DNA of 63,536 nucleotides, counting the filler, from Octopus bimaculoides (taxonomy: Eukaryota), in the NCBI RefSeq assembly GCF_001194135.2. It is 8 parts of 7 records of this genome, joined end to end, with 100 filler letters (N's around TTAATTAATTAA, not from the genome) between each part and the next. Parts side by side here need not be neighbours in the genome. Positions count along the whole stretch, not along the records: positions 43,490 to 51,769 come from NC_069004.1; positions 51,870 to 56,100 come from NC_068982.1; positions 56,201 to 58,596 come from NW_026343597.1; positions 58,697 to 62,061 come from NC_068987.1; 4 more parts are not named here. One strand, given 5' to 3'. Of this stretch, positions 49,823 through 62,161 are shown in pieces. Each line of letters opens with the position of its first letter. The stretch's first letter is position 1. The position numbers were made by a program, and so were the translations under genes. The notes under the pieces are model-generated. The model was given only the letters and a program-made list of their open reading frames with translations, was not told where the DNA came from and did not search any database.

Positions 49823-50699
49823 TATATACTTACATGTCCAGTATTAATATTCTCCATTGTTGTTGAAAACGAAGCGATTTTAATGCTCTGTAGATATTTT
49901 AAGGATGGTTACCAAATAAATTACAAGAAATTAGTTTATTAAGTCAGCTGGAAAATTACACAGTGCAAACGAACTCAATTGAAGATAGTTACTCTTAAAC
50001 GATAGAGGGCGCCCATATCTTACTGTAGACCCGGTTATCATCAACCGTAAGTGTCATTTCACAACGGGGTCACAAAGCTGCAGTAGTTATGAAGATATTT
50101 GCAGGCGCGTGCAAATACGCACACACGCGCGTACACACACACACACACATGCACACACACACACACGCACGCTCGTACACACACATGCACACACACACGC
50201 TCGTACACACACATACGAACTAGCGTGCACACATACAAACGCACGCACAAACACATGATGTTTGTTTGTTTTCTTCAGAACTCTCCAGTCGATTAATTAT
50301 TTATAAAATTTATGAGAAGTGTGTGGAGTCTACTATATAGATCTCTTGGTAAACTGCCGTTATTTCTGATACCTGAAGCTGTTATGTGGTTTTCTGTGTG
50401 GATAGTGATATGGTCTGACACGTGATACGTGATTGGTTCCGTGTTGTTAGCGACATTCGTTTTTTCCAACAGGTAACCATCGGTGGCTCTTCTTCAAAGT
50501 TTACCTGCAAGTAATTTCGTATATGGCTGCAAGCTGAGAGAAGCTCGGTTTTTGTTTAGGACCGTGACGGATTGACACCATACCACAGCATTCCTCTTTA
50601 CCAACTTCAAAGCAGTTACACCTTCAGATGCATAAGGAAATAACAGAACTCACTAGAAGACAAACCTCACCACGGATTAAATGTCGAAATAGGGACGCA

Positions 50700-51510
50700 G
50701 GGAAATTGTGCGAGCGGCTTTTGGCAATACTGTTGTTTGTTCTGCATGCGCCTGCCCTCGCGCGCGCCTCGCTACCACGCTCATTCTTGGCCTGATAGTC
50801 TTATCTGATGGCGCTCTCGATTGACACTACCGCTAAATGTGAAGTACGCGCAGTTATTAATTTTTTGAACGCAAAAGCCACTAAACCGATCGAAATTCAT
50901 CGCCAATTAACAGAAGTGTATGACGAGTCGTGCATGGATGTCAAAAACGTCCGCAAGTAGTGTAGGGAGTTTGCAGCTGGTCATACTGAAATTCATGACG
51001 AAGAAAGAAGCGGGCGACCATCAATTTCCGACGAGACAGTCGCAAATCCTGCGTGAAAATCGGCGGATCACTCTGGATGATCTTCGCATTTTGGTTCCTG
51101 AGGTTTCCCGAAGCGCCATTCATAGGGTTGTGAGTGAAAAGTTGCAATAACGGAAGGTGTGCGCAAGATGGCTCCCACGAATGCTCACAGAAGACCATAC
51201 ATGGCAACCCACCTGAAAGTCCGGCCTTGGCACCCAGTGACTAACACCTGTTCCCTAAGTTGAAAGAGCATTTGGCCGGAATGCGTTTCAGCAACGACGA
51301 CGAGGTGAAAGATGAGGTTCAACGCTTCGTCAACAACATGGTGGTATGACATGGGCACAGAAACTGCCCCAGCGCCTACAAAAGCGCATCGACTGAAATG
51401 GCGATTATGGAGAAAAATAGATAAATGTTCAAACTTTGAAATCATGTAAACGTTATTAACAATAAACGTTTCTGTGATTTCTAAATAATTTTGGAGACCT
51501 TACTCTCGTA
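50700..51510 (+). mobile_element. Internally deleted, stop-containing mariner element
   Basis: From the ATG at 50808: EVRAVINFLNAK, DEERSGRP, RKVCARWLPRML; then directly SPALAPSD*HLFPKLKEHLAGMRFSNDDEVK...; 3' end ggagaccttactctcgta. Confidence 0.88.
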
Positions 51511-51514
51511 TACG

Positions 51515-51572
<58 letters not shown>

Positions 51573-51689
51573 GTCTATCTATCTATCTGTCTATCTATCT
51601 ATCTACTCAGTTATATGTATATGTATGTGTACAAACGCATGTATTTATATATAGTATAGTTTTATATATTTATGTGTGTATATATGTAT

Positions 51690-51769
<80 letters not shown>

Positions 51770-51869
51770 NNNNNNNNNNNNNNNNNNNNNNNNNNNNNNN
51801 NNNNNNNNNNNNNTTAATTAATTAANNNNNNNNNNNNNNNNNNNNNNNNNNNNNNNNNNNNNNNNNNNN
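51770..51869. other. Artificial scaffold linker N44-TTAATTAATTAA-N44
   Basis: Same 100-bp linker. Confidence 0.95.
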
Positions 51870-51916
51870 TATATATATATATATATATATATGTATATTA
51901 TATATATATACATACA

Positions 51917-51950
<34 letters not shown>

Positions 51951-54334
51951 CACACACATGTACTTGGGCCCAAGTCCAGCTTAAATCTCTGTATGAGCTA
52001 AGACAGTAGATTTTAAAGTACTCATCATTACGCAGATACTGTATCAGACACTAATGTACATATATACATATAAACGTATAATTACCTAGCAATAAAAATG
52101 AAAGACTAATCAATGGATTGGTTGCTGCTTGACAGATGTCCGTACTATGTGTTGATTGACGTGCCTCATTCAATTCACACACACACACACACACACTCAT
52201 CGAAGCGTACACACACGCACACAAATATAGATAATCAATAGTATTAGCTGTATTATCAGAAACACTGAGTATACGTTGGTTCAGTCGCCTAACGCAGCTG
52301 CTTTTTAATTTCTCTGATCTGTCTCGTGTCAAATTGCAGTCATTCTGGTCGAAAAGCCGTAGGGAGTCGCCATCAGATTGCCAGCAAGATTTTAGATCAT
52401 CATTTTAAAGTCGTCACCCGCAGGGAAGCCCTAAAAGATGTTAGGTATTTGAATTTGTGCCATGATTTGAGAGGAAACTAATTCTTCATTAGAAATCTCT
52501 ATTAACCTTTGCTGTGAAAAGTATCTATTGCTGGGTCAGTGTTCAAATTACGTCCTATTAATAATTTAAGAGGCAATGTGTTCATTTTAAAACATCCAGA
52601 TTGCTATGAAAACGGTCAACAGGTTTGTAACTTCCTTTCTTTAAAGGGATGAAACACATCATCAATAAGATATGATAACATCTATGAGGCATTCTCACGC
52701 AAATCTCTTTAGTGATGCATAAGTTTTATTAAACCAATGCTTTGCCTTGAGTTTGTTTTTCCTTTTTTGCTCTACTTATATGTATTACTAATTTTGGCTT
52801 CTTACCACCTATCAAACACCGAACACTTTAAATGAACGAACTTACACATAATGCATTCACACGCGGGCACACACATACACATATACGCACGCGCACAGAC
52901 AAACACAGACACAGACACACTTAACTAGATAATCATACATTTCTAAAAGTGTATCTTCGAGATCATATTTTTATATGGATATACTTAATTTTGCTCAAAA
53001 ACAAACAGCCATATAACCAACAACTCACTCATGAAGTTATTTTTTGTGTTCTTCAATTCGTTCTTCTAACTGTTCATTCCCACTACTCAAATATCCATTC
53101 ATTCATCCATTCCTTTATTCCTTTATTTGTCCACCCATCCATCCATTCGTCAATTTAACCATATAGCAATATTTTAGCCGAGACATATCATTATTCCTCT
53201 TTGTTTTGATAAGTTACCAGAAAACGACAGGCCGATCGGAGACGCCAATCATTCCACACTTAACTGTTGCAATTTTAAACCATTCAATTAATCAGCACAT
53301 CTCAGTCTGTTAGAAATGAAGTCGAAAACAAGTGCAGACGGTTCGCTCTTTGCTTTGTTGACGACAGCTTGCCAGTTTATAATTCCTCATTTAGACACTT
53401 CCCATTGAACGCAACCGAAATCTTGGCAGAGCGTTTCAATTACTTCATAAATAAGCTTTTTAGAAACGAAGTCATATCAACGTCTTGATTAATTCATGGC
53501 ATTTATGAATGGCCTTTGGCTTTACAATTACAAGAGAGAGATTAGTTTAGAAACGATCTCTAAGAAAAAAAAAAGGAAAATAAAAAATAGAAAGAAGAAA
53601 ATATTGCAGAATGAAACGGAGAAGGAGAGAAATGAAAATGAAAGTGAAAGTGAAAGAGAGTAAGTAGGTAGAGGGGAGGGATGGAGAATTAGGAGGAGCT
53701 GAAAGATGAATGGAAATATTGAAACTTAATTAGTGGCTATATAATATAATTTCAATGATTGCCTGTAGCAATGTTTTAGCCATTCAACTAGGCTGTTATA
53801 TCACTATCCATCAGCTTACCCATCTACCGATCCCTACATCCTAACAACTCTCTCTTTACAAGCATGTATGTGCATGTATGTATGTATATATGTATGTATG
53901 TACATATGTATGTTCGTTTGTATGTATGTATGTATGTATGTATGTATGTATGTATGCATGCTGTCTGTTTATTTGTCAGTCTGTTAATGTGTTGTTTGTT
54001 TGCGTGCCTAGCTATCGAATTATCATATCTAAATAACTCTCATTTCTATAAATAATAGACAAATAATGGAGAAATAATTTTCTTTATGCTGTATCGCACC
54101 TCCCCCCACATTCACACACGCGCACGCACGCGCGCGCAAAAGTAAGTTTACAAAGATTTCGTGTGGAAGATATCTAAGATGCATAAGACTGTAGGACATG
54201 ATGTGGAGTTTTATACGACCCTTGTCTTTGGTTGTCTTATCTTATACAGGTCTATATTTAAGAGATGAGGAATTATGTACATTATTTACATTATTTACAT
54301 TTGATGGATATTTGTCCTCATCTTGTTTGTTATT

Positions 54335-54380
54335 AACACAACATTTCGTCTGATATACCCGCCACCCTTCATCAGGTGTA
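54335..54380 (-). ncRNA. Degenerate minimal hammerhead (left arm)
   Basis: TACAC-CTGATGA-A-GGGTGGCGGGTATATCAGAC-GAAA-TGT-T-GTGTT; stems II and III are mutated relative to the right arm. Confidence 0.5.
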
Positions 54381-54427
54381 TTGGGGAATTTTCGAACTTG
54401 GTTTCTCATTCCTGAGGTATTTTTCGA

Positions 54428-54506
<79 letters not shown>

Positions 54507-54573
54507 GTTATTATCATTATAATAATAATAATAATACCTTAGGAATGAAAGCCCAGGTTCGAAATTTCCCCAA

Positions 54574-54619
54574 GACACCTGATGAAGGCTGGAGGGTATA
54601 TCAGCCGAAACGTTGTGTT
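54574..54619 (+). ncRNA. Minimal type I hammerhead ribozyme motif
   Basis: GACAC-CTGATGA-A-GGCTG[GAGGGTATAT]CAGCC-GAAA-CGT-T-GTGTT: intact core, 5-bp stem II, palindromic ACGU stem III, GUU site, 5-bp stem I. Confidence 0.7.
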
Positions 54620-54912
54620 AACAACAAACAAGATGAGGACAAATATCCTAAATAAACAATTATATTTGAAGTTAAATTTAGTGGAGTCGTACGTATTAGT
54701 ATGCAGGCTGCATGCATACGCATATATTCACTTTAGTATATATAGATACACTCAGTGCGACTCTACAGCTGCTATATATGTTTACCTGGGGGGAAACATA
54801 ACTTAAGATCAGATGCTATATTTTCAAGANNNNNNNNNNATTTTCAAGAATATATCTCGTTCATACATGCAAACATACATACATACACACATACGTACAT
54901 ACATACATACAT

Positions 54913-54949
<37 letters not shown>

Positions 54950-55261
54950 TATATATGTATTATATATATATATCTATATAAATATATATATATACACATA
55001 TATGTGTGGGTGGGGGTGTTTCCGCAGAATGGGTTAGTCGATTAAATCGAAAACCTGTACTTGAAATATTCATTATTTTACCGACTGTCGATTGAACACA
55101 GATTGTAAACAGTCGGAAAAGAATAATTTAAGAGAACCTCTTTTTATTTATTTTTTTTTTTCCAACGATCTAACATTCTGTCAGCTTGCTATCTTTGGGG
55201 TCCTAATTTTAATTCCTTTTAATTTTGGTAAAGGGCAACAATTCTAAAGGGAAATGTCAAG

Positions 55262-55412
55262 TCGATTACATTGACCTCAGAGTTCAACTGGTACTTATTT
55301 TATTGACCCCGAAAGGGTGAAATGTAAAGTTGTCCTCGGCGGCATCTGAACGTAAGGACAGACGAAACGCTTCCAAGCATTTTGTCTGGTGTGCTAACGA
55401 TTCCGCCAGCTC
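55262..55412 (-). mobile_element. Family A SINE
   Basis: Reverse complement of the head (gctaacgattccgccagctc) and central block (gaccccgaaagggtgaa). Confidence 0.75.
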
Positions 55413-55419
55413 ACATTCT

Positions 55420-55712
55420 AAATCAATAGATAGTAATAATAAACCGAATCTAGTGGTGGCAGACAATGTGAACAACATGTGCTACATAATTGACGTTGCA
55501 TGCCCCTTTGACCAATAGTCAAGAAAGAAAGCGAAAAATAGACATATGCAATCCTCAGACCGATGAAAAAAAATGAAGAAGGTGAAGATAGTGCCAATTA
55601 TTGTTGGCTCCTTAGGGACAGTATCAGAAGGCATCAAGTGAAATATGAAGAAAATCGGAATCACGCTATGCATGCAAGACTCCAGGAGTTCCAACAAAAC
55701 GTGAGCGAAAAG
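55420..55712 (+). mobile_element. RLE-type (R4/NeSL-like) retrotransposon endonuclease fragment
   Basis: KPNLVVADNVNNMCYIIDVACPFD resembles the PD..D restriction-like endonuclease motif; followed by KVKIVPIIVGSLGTVSEG. Confidence 0.75.
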
Positions 55713-55718
55713 GAAGAA

Positions 55719-55753
<35 letters not shown>

Positions 55754-55855
55754 AGAAGAAGAAGAAGAAGAAGAAGAAGAAGAAGAAGAAGAAGAAGAAG
55801 AAGAAGAACAACAACAACAACAACAATAAAAACAACAACAACAATAACAACAGCG
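55712..55855 (+). repeat. (GAA)n then (CAA)n microsatellite
   Basis: Directly visible. Confidence 0.9.
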
Positions 55856-55861
55856 ACAACA

Positions 55862-56075
55862 ATATTTTCTACTATAGGCACAAGGCCTGGAATTTGGGAG
55901 GAGGGGACTAGACGATTACATCGACCCCAGTGTTTCACTGATATTTAATTTATCAATCCCGAAAGGATGAAAGGCAAAGTTGACCTCAGCGGAATTTGAT
56001 CTCAGAACATAGCGACGGGCGAAAAACCGCTAAGCATTTCGTCCAGCGAGCAAACCGTTCTGCCAGCACACCACC
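55862..56075 (-). mobile_element. Family A SINE, near full length
   Basis: ttctactataggcacaaggcct...gaaaggatgaaaggcaaagttgacc...ccgttctgccagc. Confidence 0.8.
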
Positions 56076-56100
56076 CTATATAATAATAATAATAATAATA

Positions 56101-56200
56101 NNNNNNNNNNNNNNNNNNNNNNNNNNNNNNNNNNNNNNNNNNNNTTAATTAATTAANNNNNNNNNNNNNNNNNNNNNNNNNNNNNNNNNNNNNNNNNNNN
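56101..56200. other. Artificial scaffold linker N44-TTAATTAATTAA-N44
   Basis: Same 100-bp linker. Confidence 0.95.
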
Positions 56201-56880
56201 GACTGAGTGAATAAGTACCAGGGTTAAAATGAAATAAATAAGTCCTGGGGTCGATTCAATTGAAGGCTGTGCCCCAGCATGGCCGCAGTCTAATGAAATG
56301 ACTGAGATGAGTTGAAGATAAAATGCTAAAAGATTCAGTGTTGTGAAGCTGGGGTTGTTACACACACACACACGCAGAAAAATAGAATGATAATCTTGGT
56401 TATAATACTTGTGTTTGTGTCTACTCGATCGGGGCTGACTCAGGGCTAAACACCACCACCACCATCGCCACATCTAACAACAACAACATCAACAATCGTG
56501 TTTTTCAAAGGCTGGATATAATAGGAAATGATTACAATGAAGAATCAAATGTAGGACATGTTTTCTGCTGACTATCGGCTATTTTTACTCGATATCGGTC
56601 AGCATTTCAACAGGTCCGAGCATATCTCTGTATAACATATACATACACACATACATACACACATACATACATGCACACATTCGTACATACATGCATACAA
56701 ACACATATATATATCTATATGTATGTATATGTATGTGTGTAAATTTGTATAAATATATATAGGTACATATGTGTGTATATACATATATATATAAACACAC
56801 ACATACATACATATGCACATACCCATATATACCTATATATATACACACACACATATATATACACATACATATCTAGTTAC

Positions 56881-56917
<37 letters not shown>

Positions 56918-58596
56918 TCCATGTCTATTTACCTATATATACACACACACACATACATACACATACATATATATTTACTCATATCAATATATATAAATAC
57001 CTATATATACACACACACACATACATACACATAGATATATATTTACTCATATCAATATATATAAATACCCATATATATTACGTATATATATATATGTATA
57101 TACATGTGTAAATTTGTATAAATACATATAGGTACCTATGTGTGTATACACACATATATATATATATATATATCTATATCTATATCTATCTCTCTCTCTC
57201 TCTCTCTATATATATATANNNNNNNNNNNNNNNNNNNNNNNNNNNNNNNNNNNNNNNNNNNNNNNNNNNNNNNNNNNNNNNNNNNNNNNNNNNNNNNNNN
57301 NNNNNNNNNNNNNNNNNNNNNNNNNNNNNNNNNNNNNNNNNNNNNNNNNNNNNNNNNNNNNNNNNNNNNNNNNNNNNNNNNNNNNNNNNNNNNNNNNNNN
57401 NNNNNNNNNNNNNNNNNNNNNNNNNNNNNNNNNNNNNNNNNNNNNNNNNNNNNNNNNNNNNNNNNNNNNNNNNNNNNNNNNNNNNNNNNNNNNNNNNNNN
57501 NNNNNNNNNNNNNNNNNNNNNNNNNNNNNNNNNNNNNNNNNNNNNNNNNNNNNNNNNNNNNNNNNNNNNNNNNNNNNNNNNNNNNNNNNNNNNNNNNNNN
57601 NNNNNNNNNNNNNNNNNNNNNNNNNNNNNNNNNNNNNNNNNNNNNNNNNNNNNNNNNNNNNNNNNNNNNNNNNNNNNNNNNNNNNNNNNNNNNNNNNNNN
57701 NNNNNNNNNNNNNNNNNNNNNNNNNNNNNNNNNNNNNNNNNNNNNNNNNNNNNNNNNNNNNNNNNNNNNNNNNNNNNNNNNNNNNNNNNNNNNNNNNNNN
57801 NNNNNNNNNNNNNNNNNNNNNNNNNNNNNNNNNNNNNNNNNNNNNNNNNNNNNNNNNNNNNNNNNNNNNNNNNNNNNNNNNNNNNNNNNNNNNNNNNNNN
57901 NNNNNNNNNNNCAACAGGATATCAAGAGGTGATGCAGTATGACTGTTTCATGTGGCTCCATTTAATTGAAGAATGCAATCATTACATCAAAGTAATGCAG
58001 TGCCATCTTCAGTCACACAAATAAATAAATGGAATTTTAACAAGTAAGACACATTAATATAATTTTTCTGAAATATTTCAACCGACCAAGAAGATGGAAG
58101 AAATTCATGTTATATATATATATATATGTATATACTCACATATATGTATGTATATGTGTATATATATATATGCATTTATATATATATATATATACACACA
58201 CATGTATATATGTGTGTATGAGTGGGTACATATATCATATATTCATGTCTATATACATACATATGCATGCACACTAATGCATATATGCATACATTCCCAC
58301 ATAGATGTGTGTGCGTGTGTGTGTGCTTGTATTGATTCTGTATACACACTTGACTAACCTAAAAGAATCAGGTATCATTGACTCGTAGTGTGTATACACA
58401 GCTGTGTCTATCAATTAATATTGATCACTCAATAAAAGCTAATTTGCAAAGTAAGGGATGCGTGTTTTGAAGAAGTCAATATTATTTGCTGGGTTTGCAT
58501 TCCTAATTCGTTGACTAGGTCCACAACAAATATATTGCAAAATTAAACAAAACTGTAAACATCCATCATTATCATCATCATCATCGTTTAACGTCC

Positions 58597-58696
58597 NNNN
58601 NNNNNNNNNNNNNNNNNNNNNNNNNNNNNNNNNNNNNNNNTTAATTAATTAANNNNNNNNNNNNNNNNNNNNNNNNNNNNNNNNNNNNNNNNNNNN
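58597..58696. other. Artificial scaffold linker N44-TTAATTAATTAA-N44
   Basis: Same 100-bp linker. Confidence 0.95.
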
Positions 58697-59448
58697 ATAT
58701 AAAAGAGGTATTGGAAGAAAGAGGAAGAGGCAGAATGAGAATGAGTGGCAGTTATTGCCAGAGAAAGGGAGGAAGCGAGAGAGAGAGTGGGAGTGGGAAG
58801 AGTAAGGCTGTGAGAGCCAAACACCATGTTTAAAATGTTATAATGACGAGTCAACGAGGAAGTCCTCTATGTGGTCGCTTGACATGCTAGAAATAATAGT
58901 TAACTTCTCCATTTCCCTTACATGCAATCAACGTTGTATTAAACATTGTATATAGGTGGATTAGTTTAACATAGTTAATTCTAAATACTCTTTAAAAACT
59001 GGATGGCCACGGCTGGAATGTCTTTTATCACAAGAATGAGCAAGCTAAACAACATTATTGTATTTAAACTTCATGACAGTTTAGTTAACGAGAGAACTTC
59101 AACGCGGTAACAAGCTCTGCTAGAAACAACAGACAAATCTTTATCAAACTACACTCTGCAGTCCTTTTAAGAAAGAAAAGAGAGAGAGAAAACGAAGGGC
59201 ACATTAGATAACGTAGTCATAGAGATACCATGCTTGTTTCAGACGTGATGGTCTTTCCCGGTAATAAATTTCATAAACTACAATAAAGAGTTCATGTGAT
59301 GTGATAAAGAAGTGAATTTTGATGTTCCTGGCAAGGTTCCTCCTTAGTGGGAACTCACTTCTCACGGTACATCAGTTTGTATCATTTTAGATCGAGCGAC
59401 AGATAGACAGATAGACAGATAGACAGACAGAGACAGACAGACAGACAG

Positions 59449-59503
<55 letters not shown>

Positions 59504-59513
59504 ACAGACAGAC

Positions 59514-59563
<50 letters not shown>

Positions 59564-59614
59564 GTAAGAAAGTGAAATAACAAAGGAATAGACAATTATC
59601 TTATGAAGTTCATT

Positions 59615-59695
59615 AGCTTACAGCTGTTTCTGCTGTAGGATACAGTGGATTCATAGTTGTGTGCTGAAGTAACACCGTAGAGCTTCATCGGAGCC
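59615..59695 (-). ncRNA. Candidate degenerate minimal hammerhead relic
   Basis: GGCT-CCGATGA-A-GCT...TACGGTG...CACTGTA...AGCA-GAAA-CAGCTGT-A-AGCT: palindromic ACAGCTGT, GUA site, 4-bp stem I; U4 is replaced by C. Confidence 0.4.
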
Positions 59696-60332
59696 TCGAA
59701 TATAGATAGATAGATAGAGAGATAGATAGATAGATAGATAGATAGATGTTGTTTAGTATTAAGTTAGTCTAGATCAAAAGCATTTCTGTCCTTTTCAAAC
59801 TCATGCATTTAGGACCAGATTATTCAATATGCTCTTTGCTTTTTAAAGACACACATACACACATACTGCGCGCATACACTCACATACAATCACACACACA
59901 CATACTCACGCACATGCGCACTCATAAACACAGAGGATTTACGTGAAGGGCGTCCGCATGGTTTCTTTCTGCCAAATTGCTTCTCAATGCATTGGTTCGT
60001 CCGAGACTCTTGAAGCTACTTACCCAAAGTACCGTGCAGTAGGACTGAACCCGAAACGCCGTGATTGCGCAGCGAACTTAACCACAGAGCTAATTCCTGC
60101 ACTTTTACACACACACACGCAAACACACACACACACACACACATACACACACGCGAGCACATATACATATGTATGTATGTATGTATGGATGGATGCATGG
60201 ATGGATGTATGGATGGATGTTATGTATGTGTGTGTGTGCGTGTGCATGTGTCTATACCTGTGTACATCTGTATGTATATATATATATTATAAGTATATAA
60301 GTATATATATATATATATATACATATTATATA

Positions 60333-60370
<38 letters not shown>

Positions 60371-61778
60371 CATATACCTATATATATGTGTGTGTGTGTG
60401 TGTGTGCGTATGCATATATATATATATATATCATACATATAACATAGAGAGAGTGAAAGACGGAGTAGGAGAGAGAGTAAGAGGGAGAGAGAGTAAGAGG
60501 GAGAGAGAGACAGAGGGAGAGAGAGACAGAGGGAGAGAGATAGAAAGGAAAGAGTATAAATGAGGCCGACAGTAACGTATGAGGGGATTTGGTGATCGGT
60601 ACAGAGAGAAGATTTGTCGAATAACCGAATGCGTGACTCAGTTTGTTTCCAGGATAGAGTTTCTAAACGTGATTATTACTGAATATGACAACGTATGAAA
60701 GCCACAACACGAACTTTCCTCTACGTGAATTCTCATTAGCTGATTATCGATTAATAAATAGATACCTCAAACCAGGCAGGAAAAAAAAATGAGAAAATGC
60801 GATTGATTCTACCGTGTTATTTATTATGTAGGACAAAACTTCTATTCTTTTTAGTTAAATGTCGCACAGAAAGAGAAAGGAGAGGAAAGGGAGAGTAAGC
60901 ATATAATGCATGTGTATGCGCGCGCGCGCGTGTATGTGTGTGTGCGTGAGACAATGGAAAAGGCGAATGGAGAGAAAGAGGAAGTGATAAAGAGAATAGA
61001 GAGAGAGAGAGGGGGAGAAGGGGAGATAAGAAAATAGAGCGGGGAGATGCACAATCGGCTGTTATGGAAAGAGAAAAGGAAAGCCGTATAGAACAATAGC
61101 ATTCATGAAAGTAGAGCAAAAAATGTATGTACTACTTAAAAAAACTTGAGAATAATAGAATAGAGAAATAGATTGCTAGATTAGATCGCCGATTTTTAAA
61201 TAAGCTTAGAGATGATGCACTAAACGTTGTATGCAAAAGAGTTGTTAATTAATTTAAAATGTCTCCTCTTCTTAAGTGACAAAAGAAAATTAGAACCTAG
61301 CGGTAATTAGTAACGACTCTCCAAAAGGGTAGGAGGGGGTAAAGTCGCAAAGTTAATTTATCGAATGGAAAACATGATCATTGTTTGGAGGTAAGGGGGA
61401 CAACTGTGGCCTTGTTTTACTCTTGTTTTTCCTCATTAGCATAGCTTAACGATGGATGCAGGTTATTCAAAAGATTTTTATATGTTGAAAGGAGTTACGA
61501 ATAATTCTTGGCCATTATAATTTGCATAATTCAAAAAAAAGTAATATGAGCCAAGGGAATAACTCAAATGGGCATATAAAAAATGAATTTTGATTACATT
61601 AGGTTACTAATGAAACTTATAAACGCTCACACATACACATCCTTACATGCATGCATACACATTATGATCAAACAGAAGTCCCTGTTGCTTTCATATTTTC
61701 AAGAGGGTAGACTGGCTGTTTTTAGTAAGACGGAGTGATTACATAATGGCTTACTCTTTGGCTTGAGATATACATACA

Positions 61779-61864
<86 letters not shown>

Positions 61865-61923
61865 GGGAAGCGAGAGAGAAACATATCTAGGTAGGTAAGG
61901 TGGGTAGGCAAGCAGATTGGTAC

Positions 61924-61965
<42 letters not shown>

Positions 61966-62061
61966 GATGGATGGATGGATGGATGGATGGATGGATACGT
62001 ATGGTATATGCATGCCATAGCATGTGCATAATCTTAAAAGTACTTAGCAAGTGCTATATAT

Positions 62062-62161
62062 NNNNNNNNNNNNNNNNNNNNNNNNNNNNNNNNNNNNNNN
62101 NNNNNTTAATTAATTAANNNNNNNNNNNNNNNNNNNNNNNNNNNNNNNNNNNNNNNNNNNN
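62062..62161. other. Artificial scaffold linker N44-TTAATTAATTAA-N44
   Basis: Same 100-bp linker. Confidence 0.95.

Larger units (their letters stand above)
54306..54648. mobile_element. Foldback element, ~116-bp arms around an (ATT)n/(AAT)n centre, each arm carrying a hammerhead motif (Penelope-like element-related)
   Basis: 54306-54421 is the reverse complement of 54533-54648; the spacer microsatellite switches from (att)n to (aat)n. Confidence 0.85.
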
